The translations under genes were made by a program, and so were the position numbers. The notes under the pieces were generated by a model. The model was not told the origin of the DNA. It made no database searches and worked only from the letters and a program-made list of their open reading frames with translations. A stretch of DNA of 63,872 nucleotides, counting the filler, from Octopus bimaculoides (lineage: Eukaryota), in the NCBI RefSeq assembly GCF_001194135.2. It is 4 parts of 4 records of this genome, joined end to end, with 100 filler letters (N's around TTAATTAATTAA, not from the genome) between each part and the next. Parts side by side here need not be neighbours in the genome. Positions count along the whole stretch, not along the records: positions 21,498 to 40,347 come from NC_068983.1; positions 40,448 to 62,526 come from NC_069003.1; 2 more parts are not named here. One strand, given 5' to 3'. Each line of letters begins with the position of its first letter. Position 1 is the first letter of the stretch. Below, one piece after another: positions 37,797-49,985 of this stretch.

Positions 37797-38495
37797 CTTA
37801 GTTACCATATTCAGGAATGTAGTTAGTAAAAATTTTCTTAAAAACTCGCATTACTATAAAGTCATTAACGCACATAAGGTAAGGTTTGGTTTTTCTAATA
37901 CCAAAAAATTTAACCCAAATTATCGCCACCCATAACTTAAAGCTATTAAGCTCTAATTCTATTGAAGATTCTACTAGCATAAATATAGGTAACAATCTTA
38001 ATTTTCCAAAAGACACTGTTATAGATAATCTTAAAGTAAACAATAATAATAAGAGTTCCAATTTTAATAATAATAACATAATAGTAATATCTGAAATTAA
38101 TCCTAATAGAATTAGGTTCCTTGGTGCAAATGCAAAAACTAAGAATACTGTATATAGGTGTAATATTTTAACTAAAAAGAGGATTTGGAGTTATATTGGT
38201 GCGTCTTCACTTGAAATCTCGAAACGATTACTCGACTTTTAGAGTTAGGAATAAACAAAATAGCACGGCGCTTAGTAGTTTAATTTGGCAATTGAAAGAC
38301 CAAAATAAAGAGTACTCTTTGGAATGATCAATAATAGGTAAGTCGTTTCCGTATGACAAGGGTAAAAATTTTTGTTTCTTATGTAATTTGGAATTGTATT
38401 TCATACTATTTTCCAAGGGTGACCTAATTAATAAAATTACATTTAAATCTTTCAGATGCTTACATATGAATAAACATACATTTTTGTTCTATTAA
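37797..38495 (+). pseudogene. Penelope-like element C: thumb/linker plus GIY-YIG endonuclease, frameshifted
   Basis: FRNVVSKNFLKNSHYYKVINAHKVRFGFSNT / NLTQIIATHNLKLL..NTVYRCNILTKKRIWSYIGASS..KR / STALSSLIWQLKDQNKEYSLE*SIIGKSFPYDKGKNFCFLCNLE..LINK..CLHMNK, collinear with the EN at 41053-41478. Confidence 0.85.
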
Positions 38496-38523
38496 TAGGA
38501 TTTATTAATATAATTTTGTTGGG

Positions 38524-40347
38524 TCATAATCAATCTAACAATGTGCTTGGATGTTTTTAAAAAAAAACTGATTCATTTAGTTTCACTAGAATTTTTCTTA
38601 TTTATTGATGTGCTAGATTTACCTCCCCTTGACCATCAATCTTAGCTTTATATCACCAATTTTGGATATATAATGTCTCGTTCATAATATAACTTGATTT
38701 CTATAGAATTTTTTGTTCATAAATATCTATTGTATTATTTGATATTATTTAGTCTTCTGGCTTACTACTTTATATCATAATAATTACTTAATTTTTCAAT
38801 CATAATTTTATATATGGATTATTTGCGATGAGACCTCTATATTTGTTTACGGTCTTTGCACTATCGTATTAATCAATCAATCCTAGTAAATTTGTATAGC
38901 TTAACTTTATTTTAATTTGGTCTTGCCTTAACCATATACCGTGATATTATACTATATGTGCTCAGCTTTAATATAATATAGTATTTTATTATTGGGAAGT
39001 TTTGTTCATTTTGGATTGTAATTTCCCTTTTAATTTTTTGTTTAGCAAATATTGAAATTTTCCTTAATTGCTGGTACTGTCCCTCTAATCCATCTCCTAT
39101 GTTATTTTTTACTAGGTTATTGTAAATTTGGGACTAGTTTTAGATGGTTACTATTTGAATATAAATCAATTTAATTCATTTAATTCATTTAATAATTTAT
39201 ATTTTATAATCTATTATTTTTAATTACATATCCTTTATTTGCTTTTAGAAGATTATAAGTTCCGTTTTTTAAATCAAAGTTAACATTACAATGTAATATG
39301 ATCAATAACTTTGTCCGACTCATTTAGATTCTCTAATAACATATATATATTCTTTTGCTAGATTTAATATATAATTAAGATTAGATTTGGATGGTTATTA
39401 TATTTTTTTGGGGTGTAATCTAAGTTTATCTTGATTACACATACTTTATTAATGTCTTTAAGATCATATATTAAAATATGAAATATGTTTTTAAATAATC
39501 AAAATTAATATAACAATGTGATTGGATCAATAACATTGGCTCACTCATTTTTTTAGATTTTCTACAAAAACACACACACACATATATACTTTTTTGCTAG
39601 ATTTAATGGTTAATTAAGATTAGATTTAGTTGGGTGCTAGTTGAGTGTATATCAATTTAGCATATTTTGCATTTTATAACTTTTAATCTTTTATTTATCT
39701 TGATTAAATATCCATTATTGGTATCTATATGATTCTAATTTTTATTTTTTAAAATCTAAATTGTTACAATATTGTCATAGATTCAATAACATTGACTAAT
39801 GAGTTTAGATCCACCTATAAACACTCACATATACATTATTTTGCTAGTTTTTAATGTGTAATTAAGATTGAATTCATATGCTTACTATTTGAGGATATCT
39901 TAAATTCATGTATTATGTAATATTGTAATTTAAAATATCCTTTGTTATCTAGATTACATATCCTTTATTGTGCTCTTTAAGTTCTTTTTATAAAAAATGT
40001 TTTTTATAAATCATAATCAATCTAACAATGTGCTTGGATGTTTTTAAAAAAAAACTGATTCATTTAGTTTCACTAGAATTTTTCTTATTTATTGATGTGC
40101 TAGATTTACCTCCCCTTGACCATCAATCTTAGCTTTATATCACCAATTTTGGATATATAATGTCTCGTTCATAATATAACTTGATTTCTATAGAATTTTT
40201 TGTTCATAAATATCTATTGTATTATTTGATATTATTTAGTCTTCTGGCTTACTACTTTATATCATAATAATTACTTAATTTTTCAATCATAATTTTATAT
40301 ATGGATTATTTGCGATGAGACCTCTATATTTGTTTACGGTCTTTGCA
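38524..40347. repeat. AT-rich 1487-bp tandem unit built from diverged ~230-270-bp monomers
   Basis: 38524-38860 appears identical to 40011-40347 (offset 1487 at both ends). The tgctag-anchored monomer motif recurs at 38611, 39111, 39356, 39595, 39842 and 40098. Confidence 0.85.
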
Positions 40348-40447
40348 NNNNNNNNNNNNNNNNNNNNNNNNNNNNNNNNNNNNNNNNNNNNTTAATTAAT
40401 TAANNNNNNNNNNNNNNNNNNNNNNNNNNNNNNNNNNNNNNNNNNNN

Positions 40448-40507
40448 TAAAACTCCGAGTTTCGGATGCCAGGATGGGAACCCACGCCAACATCTCTTCA
40501 GTTATCC
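40448..40507 (-). ncRNA. Type-I hammerhead ribozyme in the 3' pseudo-LTR of PLE A
   Basis: Minus strand GGATAA-CTGAAGA-GATGTTGGCGTGGGTTCCCATCCTGGCATC-C-GAAAC-TCGGA-GTT-TTA(gap). Canonical core, long stem II, near-palindromic stem III; stem I is truncated by the gap. Confidence 0.7.
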
Positions 40508-41052
40508 GGCCATTTGAAAATTCCTGTGAAAAATGACCGTTAAAAACAAAGGGAAATTACTGTGTAGTGACAAGGTCAAAACGCGTCTAAAACTCCGTAT
40601 ATTATCGCATGCATGCATATATCCATATACGCACGCACATATCTCTATATACGCACGCATATATCTACATACGCACGCATCCACGCGCACACTCACAAGC
40701 GCGCACATATGAAGTTCCTTGTACGTGTCTATAAACGTACAGGAAAAAAGTTTGGATGGGGAGAAAACAGAAAAATATGTGTGGAAAAATACAAAACATT
40801 AACCCTATAATTATGTAAAAAACATAAAGATAATTTTAAAACATATAAAAAAATATAAAAATATAAAATCCAGGTAAAAAAGTGAAAAGCTTATACATAG
40901 ACACAATATAGAAACCTATCAGTACAGTCCCAACAGCAGGTTCTATCAGTAAAAATATTAAAACATATTAAAAAATATAAAAAAATATATAAGAAATGTA
41001 AGTAATAATTATAGAGAGACACAAAAATAGAAAGCAAGTCTAATCAGTAAAC

Positions 41053-41520
41053 TCAGGAGGACCAAAAACGTAGCAAATATTTGGCCACATGTGGACATGA
41101 TCCGAAAAGTTCAGTCTTTGAATTTAAACATGTGGTGGGGTCTGAGCTGCCTTTCCAGATGAGCCATCTTTCCATATCACATAGACCACACCTTCCGCTG
41201 CCGCTGGTGTAAGTTTTAAACTTGGCTAAGATCTTCCAATGGATGTTGTAACTGACACCTTTATCTTTTAAAGACCATATATAACTGGATAATTTTGTCG
41301 TTATTCTTTTGTCCCAGTGCCTGAAACTCAAAGTGTGATTATTGAATCTGGCCTTGAAATTACCCTCCGTGAGGCCCACGTATTTCTTCGTGGAAACTGC
41401 GTCCTTAGTGGATACAGAATCTACGGTGGCCTCATAAATGATGGTTTCGGACATGCAAGCTCCATTTAGCGGGCACAAGTTTTTATCTCTGCATGAACAG
41501 TTGGCTTCTTTCTATCAATG
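41053..41520 (-). pseudogene. GIY-YIG endonuclease domain of PLE A
   Basis: IIYEATV..YVGLTEGNFKARFNNH..LSSYIWSLK..CGLCDME..LNSKTE..CPH. Confidence 0.9.
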
Positions 41521-41613
41521 TCAAGAAATATCTGGCTATATTAAAGGTCACTTCGGGTGAGTAGGGGTGTGTGAACCAGATGATTTTCCTATTCCTATGC
41601 TTACTTCTCTTTG

Positions 41614-42380
41614 CTACTGGACTGGTGTATAGGTTGTTCCCTCGTTAAAACCACTATCTTTTAGAGCCTTATTATATACTGGGGCAACGCTATTGAATAT
41701 GTCCTTATCAGAGGAGAGGCTAGAGATTCTTTTACTAATGTTCTTAACTAAATTTTTAAACACTATGGGGGGATGGCAGGAACCCACATTGATGTAACTA
41801 AGTCTATCGCTGGGCTTCCTATAAAGTTTATAAATATTCTTATTTAGATCTAGGGACATATCTAGGTAGTTGACAACCGTCAGGTTGGTATCTGTAGTTA
41901 TGCTAAGACTGAAGGTTTTCATCAAATGGATAATATCCTTCCTGAACCGATCTTGTGCTGGTCCATTGGTATTAGCGGTTAAAGCTAGGGCATCATCTTT
42001 ATAAATTGCGAAGTGTACGTTAGGAAAAGTCTTGCACAACGTATCTAGTAGGAATAGTCCAATAAGATCGCATATGCCTGCTCCATCATATGATCCCATG
42101 CTCACTTCGAAAGCACCCTCTGTATCGGTAGTCTTGACCCACTCTGCGTTCTCGCTGAAGAGTAAAGTCTTTCTAGCATGGAAGATTATGTCCTTATCCT
42201 GTGTACTGATTTCTATAAATCCACTTGCGAAGGTAAGGGCTTTATCTAGCAGTTCTTTAGAGATAGAAGCATAAAAATCGACAATATCGAACTGCGTGAA
42301 TCTCGCATTATTCTTATTCTTAATAGCTTTAAACCAGTCGACGACTTCTATACTATTAGACCATTGTACTAACCTAGTGA
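41614..42380 (-). pseudogene. Penelope-type reverse transcriptase core of PLE A
   Basis: FDIVDFYASI, MGSYDGAGICDLIG, IYKDD, NYLDMSL, YRKP, SCHPP motifs in an uninterrupted frame. The first ~26 residues of the predicted ORF come from other DNA. Confidence 0.92.
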
Positions 42381-42384
42381 TTAG

Positions 42385-44890
42385 TACAATGAGAATTAAA
42401 AAAATCGTGAAGAACGTTGATGCGAAATTGGAACGAGTGGAAAGAAAAGAGAAATCCAAGATCTTCGTGCTCTTTGACGGTAGAAACCATAATTAATGAA
42501 ACTGATGCAGAATAATATAAAAGAAAGGAGGCCAACATTCGTGAGGCAGCTACTCAGTCTGGAGTCGGTGGTGTTCTCCAGTTCGACAAATGAAACCTGT
42601 CCATGTGCTTGCATTTGCTAAAATTTCGAACCCAGAATTAAGTTGTGTGGTGGAATTCTTGGACCTAAAAGAACGTATGATTTTTTTAACTACGCATAAC
42701 TTGTATTTCTCTGATCCATTTATATAAGGCATAGATTTCTCCACGATTCTCTACTTGATTGTATGGCTTGCACTTGATCCTCAGATCCCCTATATGGCCT
42801 GCCAACTTAGTGGCCCTATTTTTTATTTATCAAAGTGTCGGAAAGAAGAGCGATGGTTTGCATAACGGTTTTTTAAATTGCCATCGCATAAACCGATGTA
42901 ATTCCTCTTCTCCATTATGCTGCCTTAGAGTACTGCTGTGACGTCAGCTTCATAAACAACTACGTTTATCAAAAGCCGGCAAGCTTCAGGGTATCGACAG
43001 TGACAACTGAGAGTGGGCTCTATTACGAGTGATAATGTCCTTCAAATTGGGGCAGCAGCTATACGAAATTTCTATCGAGGGTCATTTAAAAATATTCCTA
43101 TATTTGTGGTTTACTGGGAAATGTTTATTTAATAATGACAGGAATTTCTTATCTATGTTAATCTCAATAGTTAAGGAGAAAGAGGGTTTGGTGTGAGTCA
43201 TTATTTTCCTCGCTCTCATATTTTTAACTAAATGGTTAAATGATATCTTACCTTTGAAGCCGCTGTTAGCTATTTTGTTATAGTAGGGAGCTGCTTTTTT
43301 ATCAAACATTTCCTTCGAAGAGGTTTGATCTGATATCCTATTACTGATGTTGGTTACTAGGTTTTGGGTGTAGGAGTGACAAGACTGTTTATGTATATAT
43401 TTGAGCTTCTCATTCAGTTAGGGAAACATCTAAAACATAAACTTTGGACAAATTAGTAGACAATAATGTTGAGGCCTCACTGACTAAAGGTGTATACGAG
43501 TTTTTTCCCTAAATTTATGTCGTACAGTGATTCTCAACCCCTTTTATGCCTATGGACCCCTTTGATTCCTACTTTACACGCGGGATGGGAATCGTCATCG
43601 TCATTCGTTGTCCAAAAACTCCTGTCATATTTTTAGGATTAAATATTATAAAGAATTGTATAAAAATGTGTTTAAATATTTTGTGTATTATAGAAATATC
43701 ACCAGCTTATTGGACATAAATTCTAATAACAAAATCTTATATGGGATCTAAGGGTCATATTGACCTTAGTTAAGAACCACTGACCTTGTGTACGTCCATC
43801 ACAGTCGTAAGATATGTTCAAATCATTATCTCAGCATAAACCAATATTGTGGGTTGGAAATTTAGATCTCAGAGTGTCTAAGATCTACAGTGCCACACAT
43901 GTCTGCATTGTCATACGATCCTATCGATGTATCATTCGTATCTTTTTTTTTTTAACTCACGCAGAACTCTTACTGAATAGAAGAGTTTTCGCGCCTGCAT
44001 GCTAAATCCAGATCTATACGGTAAATTTTGTCATACCCTTTTTCCGAATTCATTCGCCTCATCAAGCAAAGATTTCAATATCGAAGGAGAAAAGTCTGCA
44101 ATGTCACACTGTGTAAATCTAGCTCTATGCTTATGCTTTAAATTGCTAAACCAAACCATGACAATGCTGTTATTTGTAATAGTTGTTATTTAGTAGTTTC
44201 TCTAATTCTGATATTTATATTCCTTAGTATTTTTTTTTAGCAACTAAACCTATCTTAGTTCTCGCTAGGTTTAAAAGTTTACAGGTGGGTTTATTACTGA
44301 AATCGATGATCTTTTACAGTAATAAAATCTTTAAGTTCAGCTAAGCATTCTAACCTATCATCAATTTTACTTCTTTTTGAGATGAATTTATCCTCATCGT
44401 TAATATCATTGTATCTATCTATGTTAGCTTTCCTATATTTAGTAGAAACGGAGTCTTGCAGCAATTTATCATATAAATCATTATTGACTTCATACAGGCT
44501 GTTAGTCTTATCAGAAAATACGAATTTGGTTTTAGAACTTTTAAAATTTCTAATATCAGATTGTAGTTTGAAAAAGGTTAAAATAGCTAGAGAATCTTAT
44601 ATTCATTACTAAATCAAGGAATTCTGCCTCAAAAGGAACTAAATCTTTTATCTTTGGCAGATATCTATGTATCTTTAATTCATAATGTTCTGTGGATGTG
44701 GATGTTAGACTTTAGCCTTCTTTCTCTTATATTATTCTACATCAGCTACATTAATTATGGTTTCTACTGTCAAAGAGGACGAAGGTCTTGGTTTTCTTAC
44801 TTTTCTTTTCTTTCTTCTCATCTCACTTTTTGCAGCAACCTTCTTTGCGATTTTCTTTCTCGTTTTCTCTCATGTTTTCTCATACACCAA
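42385..44890 (-). mobile_element. Penelope-like element B, near full length and decayed, bounded by inverted repeats and split by a hAT MITE
   Basis: Broken frames give YLPKIKDLVPFEAEFLDLVMNIRF, LLQDSVSTKYRK, ARFTQCDIADFSPSI, IGSYDNADMC, KYIHKQSCH, FLSLLNKHFPVNHKY, ISYSCCPNLKDII, CHCRYPEAC, VVYEADV..NYIGLCDG, CKHMDRF. Confidence 0.88.
43525..43782. mobile_element. hAT (Charlie-like) MITE inserted in the RT of PLE B
   Basis: TIRs CAGTGATTCTCAAC / CAGTGGTTCTTAAC (reverse complement). The RT reading continues across it. The putative 8-bp TSD matches only 4/8. Confidence 0.75.
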
Positions 44891-45409
44891 CAACCCGGTT
44901 TTCAAAAAAACGTCTAACGTTATGAACTGAGCTTGAAAGATTGCTTGGAGGTACGTGGCGTGTTATATAGACTTGCCAATTTAATAATGTATCTTAAACT
45001 ATTAGTATCTCTTTTGTAATTGTGTCTATTTAAATTATATATATATNNNNNNNNNNNNNNNNNNNNNNNNNNNNNNNNNNNNNNNNNNNNNNNNNNNNNN
45101 NNNNNNNNNNNNNNNNNNNNNNNNNNNNNNNNNNNNNNNNNNNNNNNNNNNNNNNNNNNNNNNNNNNNNNNNNNNNNNNNNNNNNNNNNNNNNNNNNNNN
45201 NNNNNNNNNNNNNNNNNNNNNNNNNNNNNNNNNNNNNNNNNNNNNNNNNNNNNNNNNNNNNNNNNNNNNNNNNNNNNNNNNNNNNNNNNNNNNNNNNNNN
45301 NNNNNNNNNNNNNNNNNCACACATACATACATACACACACATACATGCATACACACACATACATACATACATGCATACATACATACACATACATACATAC
45401 ATACATACA

Positions 45410-45440
<31 letters not shown>

Positions 45441-45583
45441 CTTTCCCCTAAAAGTTTGGTTTTATGCAAAGTATAAAAAATTTGTGGAACTCTAACACCC
45501 AGAATTAGATTTTCCCCCTAAAACATTTAAACGAACCAGTGAAACGTATCATTAGATGTAAATTGACACATCTAACGGACATA

Positions 45584-46198
45584 CAGTAATACTTCACTTT
45601 ACAAGGACCCGATTTACGAGTTTTATTTTTCAGTTCACTTTTGTATGGTGAGCTGAAATTTTTCAACCAGAAGATCCAAATTTTGAATGAAGTGCAAAAG
45701 ATTCTACTACCATAACAAATGCTTCTGTGTGTTACCGAGAAATTTATAGAGAGCGACAAAAAGCTTCTTTTAAGCAATCAACTCTCGACTTGATTTTTAA
45801 AAAGAAATCTACAAGTCCGTCTACGAGTGCTTGTGAATCGTTGATCGCATCTACAAGTGATGGTGTGCGCAAGTTTAGTGCGAGTGAAAGTGATTCAGAA
45901 AACTATAATAATAATAATAATAATATTTTTTATTATAAACGATCTTGACATTCTTTTTACTTTACATAAGATATTCTTTACATAAGATATTCTTTACATA
46001 AGATATTCTTTACATTCTACTGTTGTTTTATTGCCATTTATTTACGAGTATTATAAAATTTATCGGTAACATATTTTTCTGGGAAAGAATTACGATTTAT
46101 AACATTGCTACTATGAGAAATTATTGCTCTGCTTTACGAGTTTTCGCTTGACGAGCGGTCTCCGGAAACAAATTAAGTCGTATATCAAGGCGTTATAG
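45584..46198 (+). mobile_element. Internally deleted Tigger/pogo transposon
   Basis: TA-CAGTAATACTTC.. 5' end, C-terminal peptide EDPNFE*SAKDSTTITNASVCYREIYRERQKASFKQSTLDLIFKK, decayed 3' TIR followed by TA. Confidence 0.75.
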
Positions 46199-46429
46199 TA
46201 TCCAATTCAAAGTAGCCAGCCACTGAAGATAGTCACCTGACTTCCAATGATAGACAGACAGAACGGTCTGTCTGAATTTAGTAGTAATAACACGAAAAAT
46301 TTAGCTGAAATCCACCCCTCTCCACAGATGGACAGCAAAAACGTTCCAATGAATCAAGCAGTAAAGAATACACCAACAATTTATCTGAGTTCCATATATC
46401 TATGCTGTTCAAACAGAAGAACACCAAAA

Positions 46430-49105
46430 CCACGTGGACTCCTTACAAGTGATCTGGGATGATATGTTTCAACAGGTCCACAATCTGAATTTGCATGACA
46501 GACCATGCAAAAACACTATTATAAGTAAAGAACCCAGTAAATTAGAATTAGCAAAAGTAAATGAAATCTTTAATGAATATTTGAAGACCACACAGTATAG
46601 CGGTATGAAAATAACCTACGAATTCCTTAACCACTTGATATATGTTTCAGTTATTACATTACTAGCATATCGCTGAAGCAATGCAATCAAGATTCAAGCA
46701 GAAAGCCTGAAACCAACATGGGCACGTAATTTAAAAAAATAAAATTTTGTTCTTGCAAATAAGTATCTCACAGATCGTTGTAGTTGTGACATGTAACAGA
46801 GAGAGCAACTTCGTACAACATCAAGAAGACCTCAGACAAAACTGTAGAGGCAATTTACTGATACAAGATTCAAAAGCCTAAACTCTAAACTGCACCAACT
46901 GAATCAACAGCTCACAGCTACAGCTGCAAAGCTAAGATATAAATCTACAACGTATAAACGGCAAATGATCAATAAATTATTTGCCAGAGATCGTATGTCA
47001 GTGCAAAAGCTTCAGTGCAAGAGGTTCAGTGTCTGTAAAAGACATTCCAACAAAATATCAGATTGAGGACTACTGGAGGACTATGGGAAACTACTGAGGA
47101 CTATGGGAAACAAATGATCAATGCAACAAACAAGCTGTTTATTGTATTGATCATGTCAAACAGGAAATCCCTAGACCCAGACCTCAAAACAGGTTATTGA
47201 CTGAAGAATTTCACCTTTCATCGGTGAGATCTCATATGGTTGTATGGAGGAAGTATGAAGGTTACACAAGAACTGCCCTAATATTTATCAACTGCAACTA
47301 CTCACCTCATCCCCAAAATAACCAAAACACCATTGCTGACAATTACCGCTCAATAGCCTGTCAGAACATCATGTACGCAGTATACACTGGGTGTCTCAAT
47401 CTGTTCTTGCAGGATTATTGCGCTATCAACAACATTATAACACCCGCACAAGTTGAAGGTAAGAAGGGGGTGTGGGGATGTATATAGTAGCCATTAATTA
47501 ACATAATGGGTTAGGAAAAAAAACAGATAACAATCGTAGGAAACTTAATCGTAGTGTCGCTGGACTACCAGAAGGCTTTCGATAGTTTCCCAAGTGGGTG
47601 GATTATCAAGGCTTTACAATTAGCGAAAGTTCCACAACCACTGGTGAGTGCTATTACACGACTTTGCATATTAAGAGTGATAAGGAGCAAATTAAGTCGG
47701 AGAGCATTCATTAAATCCACTACTCATAAAACATAGTAGCCAGAGAAATGGATCTAGAAGTATCTCCTATCCTTTCTTTATTGACGATCTGAAACTTTTT
47801 GGGCCGAATACCATCCACATAAAAAGATAAATGTACTTTATAACCCAATCTTCTACAGACATTGGGATGAAATTTGATGAGTCTAAATGTGCATTTTTGA
47901 CAGTAAAACAGACAAAGTTGGCCGTCCTCTGAAAGCGTAAAAATGAATGCTTGACAATACGATCTTCACTGTCAGGTCACGATTATGGGTATCTTGGACA
48001 AGATGAGAACGTCAAATATGATGAATCCATAAAGAGGGAGAGGACTAGAAATGAATACTTCAGAACGTAAAGAGAATATGGTCATCAGAACTTACAACAA
48101 ACACATTGTTCACTACAACTTTGCAGTGATTGTCCCCACGTCTACATTTGATCTACTGAACTGGTCACTACAAGAACTCAATGAAATAGATTTTCGAACT
48201 CACAAGTTACTCAGTGTTACAGGAAAGTTCAACATCAATGGAGCTATAGACAGGCTATACTTCCCACGTAATGAAGGTGGTCGTAGTCTCAAATCTATAT
48301 TGATGTCATATGAAGCACGGATTTTGACACTGAAACAATATCTGCAGCAAAGGAAAGAGACCAGTAACTATCTTACCTAAGTTTGTGACCACGTGACCAA
48401 CAACATAATTTGGATAGCTAAAAAACTTGAGGAAAAGTATGAAATAAGAGCTGATACAGATCTCTCCGCAAGGAGCATTGGTAAAATCTATTAATCAGAA
48501 CAATAGAAAAAAAAATGAACCAATTCACTGAAGAGATAGCACATGGGTACTTGGTACATAAAACACAAACCACAGACGGGATCAATCATATCAACAGCTT
48601 GGCATTGAGTACCAACATGTTTATGACATCCCACTTTGCGAGGCTACATCCATGCAATCCAAGAACAAGAGATCCTCACCAAGTTCCTACAACATAAAAA
48701 AGGCAGAAAACGTTGACAGACAACAAATGTAGGATGTGCAAGACCAAGACCGGAGACATCAACCACATTATCACCAACTGTGAAAGAATATCCTCCAGCT
48801 ATTATCTTCTCATAAGGCATGAGACGGGGGTCAGAACTGTCTGGGGCAGAGTAACAAGAAAGAGAATACCTAAAATCAAAGTTGACCATATTGAGACAGA
48901 TGGGTCACAAGAATACAGTTGAAACTCGAAAATTAAAACAGCCAGTTAAAACACAACCGGACGGATATCGTTGTGTGGGACCACAAAGTAACGATGTGTT
49001 CTGTTGTAGAAATTAGCTGTCTTCTGGACACGAATATGATTAGAAAAATACAAGAGAAAGAAGACATCTATGGACCATTGATAAGGAATTTGCTGCGAAT
49101 ATTCT
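46430..49105 (+). pseudogene. R4/Dong-clade LINE relic: RT, CCHC zinc knuckle and RLE endonuclease
   Basis: YRSIACQNIMY..EGKKGVWGC, SLDYQKAFDS..WIIKAL, FFIDDLKLF, DIGMKFDESKC, IDRLYFPRNEGGRSL, CRMCKTKTGDINHIITNC, KHNRTDIVVWD..VEISC..EKEDIYGPL; many stops and frameshifts. Confidence 0.9.
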
Positions 49106-49362
49106 CTCATTGCACGGGATGCCAACTTTGTGGCAGGATTACTCATTTTCGTACGAAACAGGTGGACAGGAGCAAATAGAAGTGAAGTGTTTTGCTCAAA
49201 AGACAACATATAATTCGGTCCAAGAATAGATATCAGAGCATAGAGTTAGCTAATATGCATATACATATATAAATGTATATATATATATTTATGGTTATAT
49301 AAATGATATACATACATACATGCATACATACATACATACATACATACATACATACATACATC

Positions 49363-49401
<39 letters not shown>

Positions 49402-49886
49402 CGTACAAAGGCAGATATACACACAGATATATACACATATATATACACGTATATTATACACAAACACTCATATATATACATGTGTGTCTTTATATAAGTG
49501 TATAAATATACATCTCTACATACACGCACAAACACACATACATAATTACATACACACACTGATACACACAGGTACACTGACAAATATAGATCACATAAAC
49601 TTGCAATCTTCCTAAAACCTCCCCTGACAACCTTTCTCTCCTACCCGTACCATAACTCTACTCCTACCACTACCTTAACATTAACATTGTTGTATATGTA
49701 ACACTGTACTGTTTGATGTCACGTGACTGGATAGTAAATGTCAGCCATTGATTTTGACCTATACTCTCTACTATGTGTCTCGTGTGAGTGTGTGTGTTTG
49801 TGTGTCTCGCCTGTGTCTGCTTATGTGTGCGTGTATGTGTGTTTCTGTGCGTGTGTTTGTGTCTATGTGTGTGCGCGTATGCACGT

Positions 49887-49985
<99 letters not shown>

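Larger units (their letters stand above)
40448..42380 (-). mobile_element. Penelope-like element A (5'-truncated): RT, CxCx5C linker, GIY-YIG and 3' pLTR
   Basis: RT ORF 41614..42459 and EN ORF 41053..41478 are joined by a frameshifted, internally deleted linker (RNRKIIWFTHPYS..IARYFLTLIE / ANCSCRDKNLCPLNGAC). Confidence 0.93.

Noticed and set aside
38325-38327. In-frame TGA in PLE C read as possible selenocysteine
   Set aside because: It sits at a conserved Trp (TGG to TGA) in a copy with two frameshifts; ordinary decay.
45960-46015. Short direct repeats (16-bp x3 here, 14-bp x3.5 at 30718) considered as CRISPR-like
   Set aside because: Head-to-tail with no spacers, inside transposon relics, in a eukaryote.
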